A stretch of 64,000 nt of DNA from Octopus sinensis (Eukaryota): contig NC_042999.1 in NCBI RefSeq assembly GCF_006345805.1, positions 81,034,001 to 81,098,000 on the forward strand. The letters are read 5' to 3'. This document shows, piece by piece, positions 25,677-39,710 of this stretch; the first letter of the stretch is position 1; each line of letters opens with the position of its first letter. The notes under the pieces are model-generated. The model did no database searches. It had not been told where the DNA came from and saw only the letters and a list, made by a program, of their open reading frames with translations. Both the position numbers and the translations under genes were made by a program.

Positions 25677-27146
25677 TATATATATATATACATCTTTACA
25701 CAAACACACACACATATATAATGCATGTATGTTTACAATGCATATATGCATGTATACATACGTACATAGCATAAATTACATTATTATAGTTCCCGAGCCG
25801 CTGATAGACGAGCTAGCGTCAAAATAATTTTTATGGCAAACCTACAAGAATTTACTACCGATTCTTATTTATTAAAGGATTATCGAAAAAGCATTCGATG
25901 AAAGTTACCCTTTAATGATAATACGTTTACTCGAAAGAATGACTTATCTACGGTTTGATCTTTAGCTGCAGTGAACAAGTTAACATTAACGTTGACGAGA
26001 GAAGGTGCAATAATGTTATTGCATTATGGATTATGAATCAGTGGTGGTCGGGGTGAACGTGTGCTTAGTAAATGGATGGTGGTAGGGAGATATATATGAA
26101 CTTCCATCACAGGGGAATGATTCATTTCAATTTTTTGTTTCCTTTATAGTAAGAAATATGTTGTTATAGCTGGCTTATCAACACATCCTTGATGAAGCAT
26201 ATGCGATCGATTAATTCTTACATCCTTATACCTCGAAACATTTCCTTTTCTGTTTTGTCTCTTTCACTCTTTCTGTCTCTTTATCCCTCTCTAGGCTTCC
26301 TGTCATCGACTTATTTGATCAAAGGGAATATTAACATAAATCTCTCGCCGGACAAGACGAGTGAGGCTAATAGCTGTAAATTCTACGGAGTATGAAGAAA
26401 CTACCTATTTATTTAGCCTACCAAACGGCTCAACGATATTTCAATGTGTTATGCTTGATATGACATTAGTAGGCTCCTCGTTTACTATCTACAGGTCATT
26501 TACAGAAATGTAAGAGCTAAATGTCCACCAAAATAGAACTTATCTCTTCTTCAGCACGCGTTCTTTAATCGTTCGGAATGATATACGGTTGAGGTAATTT
26601 TAATTCTTTTATCATCACCCTGCAAAGATATATTTTCTTTCTGTGTTAGAAAAAGGGTTTGTAGTTGAGAGATCTGCAAGGGGAGTGATTGCTGAAACCA
26701 TTCTTGTAGTGCATAACTGTTACTTTAGTTGGGGGTTGCTAATTTATTTTCTTTTTACTATAATTTTTTTTTTTATGTTTTGCGTTGCGTACTAAGTACG
26801 GGTGGAAGAAAAGTCAACATCAGCATATCAACAGGATACAGAAAATCAACAAGATTTTGTAGCTAATACATCAAATAGCAACACCAAATCTATCAACTAA
26901 AGCATACAAACACATACACACGCACACATACACATGCACACGCACACACACACGTCATATAGTAAACAAACATACATAAATGTAAAGCAAACTATAGAAT
27001 ATAAAATATTAATTATAATCTCTTCAGATATTTCGAATTAAGTTTTAATCACTGTATTTTTAATAGCTTCGCATCCAAACCAAAGTAAAATATATGGCAT
27101 TTTTCTTGTTAAATCTACATGAATAAATCAGTGATGAGAAACAAAC

Positions 27147-27246
27147 NNNNNNNNNNNNNNNNNNNNNNNNNNNNNNNNNNNNNNNNNNNNNNNNNNNNNN
27201 NNNNNNNNNNNNNNNNNNNNNNNNNNNNNNNNNNNNNNNNNNNNNN
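27147..27246. other. Assembly gap (100 N)
   Basis: Run of 100 N. Confidence 1.
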
Positions 27247-29495
27247 TGGAGACAAGGTTGGTAACGCAACAGATGTGTGTGTATGTGTGAGTGTGTGCGT
27301 GTGCGTGTGTGTATGTGTGTGTGTGAGGCGAGATAAAAAAACAAAAAATATATGTATGTGTTAGTGTGTGCGTCTGTGTGTAGGGGTGTGAGGTAGGGCG
27401 AGACAGTGATAGGCATAGCAGACAATGGTCAGTAGTAAGAAAAAGAAGGAAGGAGGAAGGGAGGGAGGGGACGGGGTGCGGGCGTATGTAGCGTGCCAGC
27501 GTGTGTTGAGTAGTAGTGTGTGTGTGTGTCCAGTGTCGTGGTAGTATTAATGGCGAGTAGATTGAATGTGTGTAAGAGTAATGTATATATTTAAGCAATG
27601 TGTGTATATGTGTGCGCGTGTGTGTAACAAAAAAGGGGGGGGTTAAGGAAAAAGGACTCCAGCTGAGGGGAAGATGGAAGAGTGGTCCCGCGGAGACGGG
27701 CGTGGGAAAACCCAACGACAAGCGACGGTCCCAGGAACGAGCGGGAGGTCTCGTCGGGTCCAAGAGCGAGGTGCATGCGGCGCGTATGCGTGCGCGAACC
27801 GGCGCAAGCGCGTGTGTGCGCGCGCCTGCGAGTATGCGCGTAAGTATGTATGTGTGTGGATGTGTGAGTGTGTCTGTGTGTATGTCTGGGTGTCAGTGTG
27901 TCCGATGAATGTATGTGAGTATGTGTGTATATATGTGTGTGCATAGATGTATGTCCGTGTGTGCGTGTGTGTGTGTATGTGTATGAGTGTGTATGTATGT
28001 ACGTGTGGGTGTGTGGAAGTGTGTGTATGTGCATGTGTGTGCGCGTACATACAGGTGTGAGAGTGAGTGTGTGTGTGTGTATGTATGTGTGAGTGTTTAT
28101 GTATGTGTGTGTAGGATGCATGTATGTGTATGGGTGTATGTATGCGTGTGTGTATGTATGTATGTGTACGTGCGTGTGTGTGAGTGTGTATGCGTGTAGG
28201 TGTGCGCGTGTGCATGCATGCATGCATGTGCGTATGTGTGTGTGTGTGCATGTGTGTGGGTATATATGTATGTGCGTATATGTGTGTGTATGTGCGTACA
28301 TGTGTGTGTGTATGCATGTGTGTGTATGTAGGTGTGTAGGCGTGTGTATATAGGTGTATGTATGTAAGTATGTATGGGTGTGTCCGTGTATGTGTGTGTA
28401 TGTATGTGTGTGTATGTAGGTGTGTGGGCGTGTGTATATGTGTGTGTATGTAGGTGTGTGGGCGTGTGTATATAGGTGTATGTATGTATGTCTGGGTGTG
28501 TCCGTGCATGTTTGTGTGTGTGTGTGTATGCATGTGTATGTAGGTGTGTGTGTACGTGTGTAATGTATGTGTGTATGCGTGTGTGTGCGTGTGTATGCGT
28601 GCGTGTGTGTATGTAGGTGCGTGTGTATGTGTGTGGGAGTGTAGGTGTGTGTGTGCGTGTGCGTGTTTATGTTGGTGTGTGCGTATGTGAGTGTGAGTGT
28701 ATGGGTGTTTGTCATGCATGTGTGTACGCGTGCAGGTGAGTGTGTATGTATGTGTGTGTGTATGTTTGTGTGAGTGTGTATGTGTGTATGTCTGTGTGTA
28801 TGTATGTGCGTATAGGAGTATGTAGGTATGTGTGTGTGTATGTGTATGGGTGTATGTATGTGTGTGTGTGTGCATGTGTATAAGTATATGTGTGTGTGCG
28901 TATGTGTGTGTATGTGTATGTGTGTGTGTTTATGTATGTGTGTATGTATGTGTGTAGGCGTGTGTGTGTAGATGTATGTATGTATGGGTGTGTGTCTGTG
29001 TGTGTTTGTGTGTGTGTAGGTAGGTGTGTGTGTCTGAGTGAGGGTATGGCTGTGTAGGTGTGTGTGCGTATGAATGTAAGTGTGTGTGTATACAAGTGTA
29101 ATGTATGTATGTAGGTGTGTGTGTGTGTGTATGTGTACGTGTGCGTGTGTATGTGTGTGTGTGTATGCGTGTGAGTGTGAGTGTATGGGTGTATGTCTGT
29201 GTGTGTGTATGTCTGAAGTAGGTATGTGTGTATGTATGTATGTGTGTGTGTGTGCGGGTATGTGTGTGTGTGTGTATGTGTGTGTGTATGTGGGTAGGGA
29301 TGCATGCAAGTGTGTGGGTATGTATGCATACATACGCACGCGCACATCTGAAGCAAGCCCACACACACGAAGCGCGCTCACGCACACAACGCACAAGCAG
29401 TACAACGCAAGCCCAAGGGGCCGACCACATACATACATACATACATACATACATACATACATACATACATACATACATACATACATACATACATG
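27247..29495. repeat. Degenerate (GT)n/(GTAT)n mosaic low-complexity tract ending in (CATA)n
   Basis: About 2.2 kb of GT/GTAT/GCGT mosaic. It explains the His/Thr-rich and Cys/Val-rich ORFs. Confidence 0.9.
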
Positions 29496-30466
29496 TACAG
29501 CTGTACATATATAATCAGATATCGTGTATGTGTATCTAGATATATGTATTTGATTTAACTATATGTATATATATTGTCTTCTCTTTCTCTCTCTCTCTCT
29601 CCTCCTCTCTCTCTCCATCTCTATATCCCTCTCTCTCTATATCTCTCTCTCTCTACACACAGACAGCTATATTGCTCTAATTACCTTTGTTACTATCACC
29701 CAATATATTTATCAGCCACTGCTATTCCTCTTTGTTCTAAGCTTTCACGTTTCCGCTTCCTGAACAAAGGAATCACATACATTCATACTGCACATACAAA
29801 TATCTAAAATCGCACACATACATAGGTGTGTGCGTGTGTATGCTTTTTGTTTGTGTGTGTGTTTCTTCTCTGTGTGCTTGTGCGTATGTGTGTATATGCG
29901 CGCGCATATTAATTCCTATATCAATATACAAGATTTATCTGTGATTAAGATCTCTTTGGTATTTCGCCTGGAGTCACAATTAAAAATTCAAAAACTATGA
30001 TTTGTTGTGAGACAAAGTGGTTAAGTGGCATAGGCCTAACAGTAAAAAGTCAGTAGAAGACAGTGTGCGATTGTCTAGGTATATACCACCCTAAATCATA
30101 GCAACAACAAAAATCAAGATAGAAAATGATGATAAGTTAAATATCCTGCTTTGTGACTCATTCGTTATAGCATATAAAACGTGATTAACTGTTTGATAAA
30201 CATATGAAATAAGCTGTTCTCGTTTACATTAGATTTTATTTATTAATTTACTTATTTATATATTTTCAAAGATAGAGGTTCTTTGTGGAGCAATATTCAT
30301 ATTCCTGAAACTGTGAGACTGCGAATACGTTCTCAGTATCCATTTGATTTTAACTCATCTGTTTTGTAAATCTGAAGAATTTCCGGATGTCCTCATATTT
30401 TACATCGTAGTTTCTGTCGTTGGTAAAGTTTGGCAATTTTTTTTTTCTGTTCATAATTAGACTAAC

Positions 30467-30840
30467 AGTCGGAGCCATAGTTGTATTATAAGACGTTTGC
30501 CATTCGACCACATGGTTCCAGGTTCAATTCAACTGCGTGACACTTTAGGCTTCTAATCTCGCCCGCGGAAGACCAACATCTTATGAGTAGATATGGTAGA
30601 AAGAAACTGAAAGAAGACTGTTGTACATATCTACCTACGTGTCTTCGTGTTTATATTTATCCCCCGCCACATCGTGACAACCAGTGTTCGTTTGTTTCGT
30701 AACCTAGCAATTCGGCTAAAGACACTGACAGAATAAGTGTCAGGCTTAAAAAATAAGTAGCGTGGTCGATTTGGTCAGTTAAGCACTTCAAGGTAGTGCT
30801 CCAGGATGGCGACAGCCCAATGATTGAAACAACTAAGAGG
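30467..30840 (+). mobile_element. SINE family B, diverged near-full-length copy
   Basis: tRNA-like head (cacatggttccaggttcaattc), body collinear with the 24561 copy, tail gtgctccaggatggcgacagcccaatgattgaaacaa. Confidence 0.8.
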
Positions 30841-31277
30841 TAGATTTTAAACGGTGACGATGATAAGTCTGCTAAATTAACAATGTCGGTAGAATATCGA
30901 TCGAAACTTTGACGAATGACGTTGAAATTCGATGATTTGGAGTCTATCATTCATGAGTCATGTGTTATAAATAAACATTATCCTAGTATTGAATTTTCTT
31001 AGACCAAATACTTGACGTCCCCAACTAATTAATTTTACTGGTATAACAGGAATATTTGTTGTTATTTATGTAAGAGGGGATTGGTAAGCTGATAGGGCAA
31101 TGATCATTAACATGTTCTCATGACGGTTTCAGAATTTTGACTACATATATTACAATTTACTTAACTGCCTGGAAGCTGCGAAAAGCAGTAAACAGGAAAT
31201 AATTGTAATGGAAGGCGCTTCGTAACGTTATTCAGTAGACAGACAGGATCCGAAATATATCATTTTTACTTCACGAG

Positions 31278-31334
31278 ATTCCAGCTAGATACAATATTCC
31301 AGCTAGATACAATATTCCAGCTAGATAAAATATT
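31278..31334. repeat. 18-bp tandem repeat x3
   Basis: ATTCCAGCTAGATACAAT three times, the last copy with one substitution. Confidence 0.9.
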
Positions 31335-31479
31335 GTATATAGAATGATGGAAGACCTTAGGTAGAACACAGAGGCGCGCTCCGTATGGGTGTGTATGTGT
31401 ATACCTACATTTAAATATATAAAGAATATGAGGGCTTAGGTTCACTTGTGATCTAAACGAGTAGGTAATCAATTTGTAC

Positions 31480-33790
31480 ATCATCTTCCCGGTTCGGCCA
31501 GGCACTTCTTGACGTGGCTTAAGATTGTTTTCTATCGCAACATGTTGAATATCCGACAAGGCATCGGTCTGGGCAGCAGCCATCTATGCTGGATCTGGTA
31601 TTCTCCCGCTATCCAAGATCAGTTTCAGGCTTATCTGTGTGCGCCCCTCTTGCCAAGAGTGATCATGCGGTCCTGAAGTTCGTCATGCTTCCGCGCTTCT
31701 GGACTGGCGATCCCTGATGACGTTGTCCTCAGTTGGCGAACTATGGTCGTCCCTCAAAGCATATGTAATCTGGTTGACTGACCAAGCAGTTCCCGTTGGG
31801 CTTCCCAAGAAGAAGAAACACAAGCCCTGGGTGACGAAGAAGGTTAAACGAGAACTTCGACTCAGAGATATTGCTTGGGCTGAATTCAAAAATCTAGATT
31901 CGACTGCAGCTTTTGAGGTGTACAAAACTCAACGACACCGAGCCGTGAAAATTGAAAAGGAAGAACGTTTCAGATATGAATACAGAATCGCGGCAAACGC
32001 CAGTCGCAATCCAAAAACCTTCTTTGCCCATGTCCAACGGAATTCCCGCTTGAACAACCAAATTGCAACGTTGGTAGACTCAACAGACGTATCGATTGAG
32101 GACCCTTATCAACAGAGTCATTTATTTGCCGAGGCTTTTTCAACTATTTTCAAACAAGATGATGGTCGTGAACCCCCTCCATTTGATAGATCGGTACCTC
32201 CAATGCTTCGATTGGTTATCACGCGAGACGAAGTAGAACGCGTTATTCAAGACCTCGATGTCAACAAGGGTCACGGCCCTGATGGCATACATCCACGGGT
32301 TATCAAAGCGTTGGCTCCGGTCATCTGCGAGCCTTTAACACGTCTATTCAATATGTCATTGGCGACGGGTGTTATACCTGCGGACTGGAGAACAGCGATA
32401 ATCTGCCCAAATTTCAAGAAAAGGAGCCGCGAAGAACCGCTTAACTACCGACCGGTTTCCCTTACTTCAATAACAGCAAGATGTTCGAAACTATCCTTAA
32501 GAAAAGTATGATGCTCCACCTCCAAAATACAGCCTCTATCTCTGATTCCCAACACGACTTCGTGTCGTAGAGATCATGCTTGACCAACTTGTTGGTAATG
32601 GAAGAATTGGTGACGCGCATCCTCGATGATTGTGATGCGTTGACTTCGTTTTATTGGACTTTGCCAAAGCTTTTGACTCGGTAAACCACCGCCTATTACT
32701 TGTCAAGCTTCAAGCATATAGTTTCCATACGGATATTGTACGATGGGTTGGTGCCTTCCTCTCAGATCGCTCCTTCCATGTCCAAGTTAATGGTTCGCGC
32801 TGTCCGACGTCTCCAGTGCGAGCAGTGGCGTGCCTCATGGTTCAGTGCTTGGGCCCTTATTGTTATTAGTCTTCATAAATGACTTGCCCGACGACCTCAC
32901 GCAACACACCCTTCTATTTGCCGACGATGTCAAAGTGGTCGCTCCTCGTCGTGATATAAAGGATCTTCGTCGATGCCTCCACCAAATTTGGAGATAGTCT
33001 AACGAATGGGACCTGTGTCTGAACGTGTCAAAGTGCTGTCATCTGCCTGTTGGCTCTCCTCCTGCAACTCAACTTGATTTCGAGAATTTTGAGAATTTGT
33101 CTGCTGCTGGAGAGGACCGACCAGGTAAAGGACCTGGGTATCTTGGTGGATTCCTCCTTTTCGCCTTCGGCCCAGTGCGTCCATGCTGCCAACAGAGCAC
33201 GCGGAGTTCTGTTCTTGATTCGACGGTCATTCGGAATGCTCACAGCAGCCATATTCCTATATTGAGACCCATATTGAAGTACGGGATTCAAGCCTCTTCT
33301 CCTTATCTCCTCAAAGACATACAGCATCTCGAAAGATTCCAGAAGCTGGCTACCCGCATGGTTCTTGGTCTCAAGAATTTGTCTTATGAAGAAAGGCTGA
33401 AGACGCTCGACCTTTATTCTCTAGAAAAACGACGACGCCGTGGTGATCTCATTCTTGCTCACAACATCATAAGCGGAAAGTGTAACCTCTCGAAAGAGCT
33501 GTTCTTCACTCCTGCTCCAGAGCGCCGGCTGCGGGGTCACTCCGAAAAGCTCTATTTGCGACGATTTCATCTCAATCGAAGGAGAGGGGCTTTCTCCGTC
33601 CGGGTTGCGGATCCGTGGAATAAGCTGCCGGACGAGATTGTGAAGATGCCGACGACCGCTCGGTTCAAAGTCTCCCTTGACCACTAGTGGCTTGAACTCT
33701 TTACATGAACACCACCCTGTGGATAACTCCATGTCTCCCTACATGGCTTGCTTTTTGCTTTTTGAACCAAAAGGTTAACTAACTAATATA
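31480..33790 (+). mobile_element. CR1-clade LINE, 5'-truncated (EN C-terminus plus RT), pseudogenised
   Basis: PTRH...LDLVF...SDHAVL (APE end), GPDGIHP, NYRPVSLTS, LDFAKAFDSVNH, FADDVK, RRRRGDLI, RVADPWNKLP, and a 3' (TAAC)n-like tail at ~33775-33787. Confidence 0.93.
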
Positions 33791-34278
33791 GGGTATCGAG
33801 ATTTTTTTTTTTTTTGAAATTTCACTACCAGTGGGCTAGAATGTATAAAAAGTCAATAGTCAACATATTCTCAATATAAAATAGTGTACATTTAAGCACA
33901 AGAGAAACTGCCTTCAACAAGCAGTTTTACATGCGAGGAGAAGTAGTCAAAACAACTGAAGTGAAATTTCTAACAAGAAAATTTCGCTACTCTATAATTT
34001 AATGTATATATTTTTAGTAATTTTTAGAAGATTAGTTCGGCATATATTCACATATATTTATTTGCTGCCGACTGAAACTGCGCTTGCACGGTGAATTTGA
34101 AAAAATTATAAAGTATAACGATGAGACACGTGTCATTCGTCTCTTAATTATATGTTAGTGTTATGGCGCGGTCACTGATGAGAAATTCGCCTAGCAAATT
34201 ATTTTATTTGCTAAAATATTTTGAAACGTAGGTCGGACCGGAATAAAATAACCAGGTAAAAATGTGTATTTTTTATAC

Positions 34279-34309
<31 letters not shown>

Positions 34310-34439
34310 TGTATGTATGTATGTATGTATGTATGTATGTATGCATGTATGTATGTATGTATGTATGTATGTATGTATGTATGTATGTATGTATGTATAT
34401 ATGCATATATGTATGTATGCATGTATAAGTATGTATTGC

Positions 34440-34610
34440 CTAATTGGCAATCCGTCAGTTCCGACGACGATAGTACCAGTTGATATGATCAACGGAACAG
34501 CCAGCTCGGGAAAGAGCGTGTAATTGACTGAGCACTCCACAGACACGCGTACCCTTAACATAATCTTCTGAGAGTTTCAGCTCAGAATAGGAAAAGGCCG
34601 GCTCTTTGAA
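34440..34610 (+). mobile_element. Probable SINE/RTE-tail fragment
   Basis: ttggcaatccgtcagttccgacgacg...gatcaacggaacagcc...ctgagcactccacagacacgcgtacccttaac resembles an octopus interspersed repeat I recall. There is no second copy in the window. Confidence 0.4.
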
Positions 34611-34781
34611 ATATAGCCGGACAGAAGGGTCACACACGGGAGGTGGGAAGAAGGGGGAGATAATAAAGTAGTGGTGATACATACATATATATATACATAT
34701 ATATATATGTATATATATATTTATATATATATATATATGTATGTATATATAAGTATGTATATATATGTTTGTATATATATG

Positions 34782-34908
<127 letters not shown>

Positions 34909-35639
34909 AGAAGGTTGAAAAGGAACACACAAGTTGATATATATGGAAAAAGTTAAGGTAGAAAATGCTAAAATAATTTTATATCGTTGTTCTTCGGTAC
35001 ACATGTCACCGATGCTTAAGATATCAGCTACGTTTCCATTTGTGGAAATTGGTTGTTTCTTTCCGGTATTCACACATTTGAATTTCAATATTTGATAGAA
35101 TGTTTACACATACTAATGAAATTTTGTAGGGCGGGGCATTCGGTCTTATAGCCGATCCTTCCAAACGCATCACAGTAACAATACCCCCTTACAGAATGCA
35201 CTCTGTTTGAGCGATTAACAAAAGATAAGGGATGAACATCCAGGTTACTGTTAAAATCATTAAATCTCTGCATCTCTGAACGACAAATATGATCACGTTT
35301 TCTGCATACTAAACATTGGTTCAATTTAGGATCCAGCTGACCCTCTTAAATGTCATTAATACTAACCCATCGCTAAATATTTTGTGTTCCACTATCGAAA
35401 TTGGACAAATGTTATAGATGTTCTGGTAACTCATGATGTTTGTTTTCATTTAGTATGATTCCTCATTTCAAACCTGGACTGCAAATTTAGAACAGGGGCA
35501 TTAAAAATTCCCAAAGGAATAAAGTCAGTGTTAAGGGATAAAATTATACTATAAAAATAATATATATATTAGGAACTGAATTGTTTCTTTTGCGGTGAAC
35601 TGATAATATTGACTGTTCATAGAACACTTCAACAGCTAC

Positions 35640-36000
35640 TAGTTGCAACTTCTCTTCAAAATTTGCCATCGTGGTGTTATGAAGTACCTGCAGAAAAATG
35701 GTTTAGCTTCCAAGAACTTTTATACTGGCATGGTTAAACTTCGGAGGATGACACTCCATCGATAGTGCAAAATTTCGCTGCTGAATTTAGGCGGTGTAGG
35801 GAGACAAAGAAGGAGGACAAAGATTTGAGCATCCTGCAACCGCCCCCGCCGAGCAAAAGGTTGATCGTGTTAACCACATGGTGATGGATGACAGGCTAAT
35901 GAATACAAACCGAATAGCCAATGCTACGAGCATATACTGTGAAAGAGTAGAACTTTGTATGACAAAGAGTTATCCTCAGTGGGTATCACGTCTTCTGTCA
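35640..36000 (+). pseudogene. Mariner transposase N-terminal fragment
   Basis: HRGVMKYLQKNGL...DRVNHMVMDDRL...RIANA...ERVE...WVSRLL. Same family as 48980-49565. Confidence 0.75.
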
Positions 36001-36728
36001 AAAGCAAACCGGTCTGTTCATACTATGTTGGATATAAAACATGATAATACTTTATACATAAACATTTTAACTCACGATCGGAAACTGCACCACTAATCAA
36101 GGTTTTACCATCCATAGGAATATATTACTTCTTTTGTATTGTTCGATCGTTGAAGTGATTTTTATTCACCTCCCGTGAAAAACCACAGCTAATTGCAAAT
36201 GCGATGAAAATCATGATCTTCTCAGCATCATTTAAAAATACAGATAGTTGTCAAAGCTTCATAATACTTCGGTGCATATCGCCAGAAGATATTATCAATA
36301 TTTTACCACATGCAATATTTTCAGAATTTGCTGTTTCGGTTAATAATAACACCGCCAACATTGCTGATAGATCATTCCCTATGAATAATCACCTCGGTTG
36401 ACCAAATTAAGAGGTGAATGCTCGTAGCCACGCGTTAAGTCTGCCACACTCCCACATGTCGGTTCAGTTCCATGAACAGGCAGTATCTGATACATTCCAT
36501 TTTCCTTTGGATCAGTTCACATAGCTGAAAATAATCATTAAATATTATACTAGTATCTGGAGTTAAACTTGCAATGGATGCAAGTCCTATCTACGAGCTT
36601 CCAATGACGGAACACATTTGTTTACCTCCAAGTCACCTCCAAGTCATGTATCTGCTTACCCAATATCCATCCATCCATCTAAATTTTAAAAAATAAGGGT
36701 AAAAAATTGAATATTGATTTGATTAATC

Positions 36729-36778
<50 letters not shown>

Positions 36779-37289
36779 CTTGTCTGTCTGTCTATTTCCC
36801 CGCTGTTCTACTTTACAATTGTTTCCATGTCATAACTGAAATCGTTATCAACTGTATAATTCTTACGTACTTAATGAATAGTCAATATATAATTAACGTA
36901 GTCGAATATGATGAGTAAGTGTTCATATTAAGAACTTCAAAAAATTTTACTGAACCAAGTATTGCATTGCGCCTTCATATTGGTGGAGTCATTTCAAATG
37001 AAAATACAATTTTTTTGTGAACTTTATGGCTCCAAATGTTGCAGACTCGATGTTTTACTATGTCAAGTTAGGAAGGAGCAAAGAGATATCTATGATTTCA
37101 ACGACAACTATAGATACCAGAAAAATGGTATCAATGGCTTGGCTGGCTCACACTTTGAAGTAACAGTCAACAATATTCTTGTATAAGAATAATAAATTGG
37201 TACTCTAGAAAAGTATAGAATAACCCATCAGATTAAGATAAAATTGGTTTTATGATAATTGAACATAAAGACAAATATTGATATATATA

Positions 37290-37320
<31 letters not shown>

Positions 37321-39622
37321 CTATGTATTTATGCGTGTGTTTGTGTTTGTTTGTGTGTGTGTGTGTGCGTGCGTTTTAGATCCCATTCTTATTTTTTGTA
37401 TTATCATCATTATTATAAATGAAGCGATGATCGGATAAATCTTCTTATTTTCAAGAACGTCTTCTAATATTTGTCTTATATCTTAACCATTTTTTATAAA
37501 TAAAAGATAAACCAATGAATCATGAGAATATATAAATAATATATATTATCTTCATTCGTATGATTGATTATTTTTTCTATAAAATCTGTGCACAAAAGCA
37601 GTTGTTTTTGTAGCTGAATGCGAAATGTCAAACGTTGCAGTTGAACACAATACATTCAAACAACAGCTACAGTGTTGATCAGAAGCTTAGTGAAAATATT
37701 AAAAGAAGATTAATAAAGAAAATCTTTATCTTTTTCTGTAAAAAATCTTTTTTACTGTTTCTTTTCTAGCAGAATACATTCGGTAATCTGAGTGTTATTT
37801 CTAAACTGTATATTGGGTTAATACCGAATTATAAATGGATAGCATCAAGATAAATCCGAATATATAGGATACTTGCTATTTCAGTTTATGTTTACAAGAA
37901 CTTTGAATTACGACAAGAGGAAACTAACAAAATATGAACGATAAGTTTAATACAAAAGCTTGTAGAGTCATCCATTGATCACTTCATAAATTCTTTTTCT
38001 CTATCGTTTCAAAGATTGCCCATTTTTTCATCATCGCTGAAAAGAATTAATTATAATCATAATATTTAACAGTCTCCATTGTTCACTCACTGTGAAACAT
38101 TTCTGCGTGGATGGCAGAAATGCAACTTACTGTAATCAACGGCAAGAACATTAGTATACAACGAATAAATTTGAATCGACAGATTCAAATCATTGTCGTA
38201 CTATGCAAGGACACCCGTCTACTACTGACCATTCCATCTACGCACATGTTCAAAAATACACAACCACCCATACATAAACCTGTTACCATAGCTACTGACC
38301 TCTCACTATGATATTAACAGACAGACACAGATCACTGACATAAACACGTGTAAACAGTTAATACCATGGACACAGTTACAACCACACGCACACACGGGAT
38401 CACACAAACACACACGCTACACACACACACACACACAAACTCAATTACTGCTACATTGACACTCACTGCCACAGCCACACGGTACAATACACTCACATGC
38501 TATAACACACACACACACACACATATAAAATACAAACTGGGACAAGAACGTAAAACATTTAGAAGACGATACAAAAAACACGGACGGGACATTCGAAGCC
38601 TTAAATCTTCAGTCAAGAACCGGATCATCCTAGCAATTTCGGCTGATTAATCTTGAGATCGCTCCGATCCGGCCAGCCCCAAGGAAAAACTAAGCTACGA
38701 GCGTTAGATTTCTTGGAAGAAGGATCGAATGTATACGAAACAGGGACAGAAAAACGGACGATGCCACACGAGTATAAAATACAAAAAACAATAATGGTAA
38801 AAACAGGACAAAAACAGCGGGTGTCTTACGACTAATAAACAGTACAGGTTTAGCTGGCGTATTTGGAAATAATGCCTTTATCGGCAGACGAAGACAACAG
38901 ATGTTCTCACGGCAGTGGTCGGAGGCCAAAAGACTGATTTTAACCAGCGGTCACGTGATGAAGAGTGAGAAAAGAAAGGGGGCAAAGGAAACAAAGAGAG
39001 AGAGAAAGTGGGACGAAGGCAAGAAAGGGGGGAGAGAAGAGAGAGAAAGAAGGAATTAAAGAGGGGAGAAGAAAGAATGCGTGCCAAGGATTATATATAT
39101 ATATTACAATACAATGAATCTAAGAATACATTCTACAGTGCGAATATTCTAAGATACCTAATAAAATAGGTTTTCTACTCTGCAATTTAGGAATATTTAA
39201 GATTCTGATAAATTCATTAAATGTAAACATGTGTTTCGGACTGACAGATTAGTATAACTGAAAAGGTTACTAACTTTGATATTTACTATATTGCTTTTAT
39301 TGAATTGTTTGGAAATTGAATATTATAATACGTAATCAATAGACATAATTTCTTTTGGGATGCACATGTGAACAATGGTGTCTGCAAATGCTCACTTGTC
39401 AAACGCATGTGTTCTTGAAGATTTCAAATATTTCACCACAAATTTTCAGTTCCTGAATCTTATGTTATCGAATATTACAATTATGAAAGGAATCATTTAT
39501 TGTATACTATAATACGAAGAATTTGGAAAATATCTAGAAAACGAATTTGAATATAAAGATATAACTCCAGGAAAATTGCATATATGTATACAGGTATGTG
39601 CTCATATATACATTATATACAC

Positions 39623-39667
<45 letters not shown>

Positions 39668-39681
39668 CATACAGTCATATA

Positions 39682-39710
39682 CAGGGGTTGGACAAAATAA
39701 TGGAAACATC
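39682..39710 (+). mobile_element. Isolated Tc1-like terminal inverted repeat after TA
   Basis: TA|CAGGGGTTGGACAAAATAATGGAAACA resembles Tc1 termini. No partner end was found. Confidence 0.45.

Noticed and set aside
27591-29539. His/Thr-rich and Cys/Val-rich ORFs up to 631 aa
   Set aside because: These are translations of (CA)n/(GT)n low-complexity sequence next to an assembly gap.
34170-34195. CTGATGA followed by GAAA as a hammerhead
   Set aside because: There is no stem II between the boxes and no NUH or stem III arrangement.
35085-35324. 79-aa Cys-containing ORF
   Set aside because: No recognisable domain or splice context, and the length is within chance expectation.
38590-38660. Minus-strand CTGAAGA…CGAA and CTCAAGA…CCGAAA as hammerhead cores
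   Set aside because: The GAAA box is broken or G5 is substituted, and no consistent three-stem junction can be drawn. The region is probably an interspersed repeat I cannot classify from this window.
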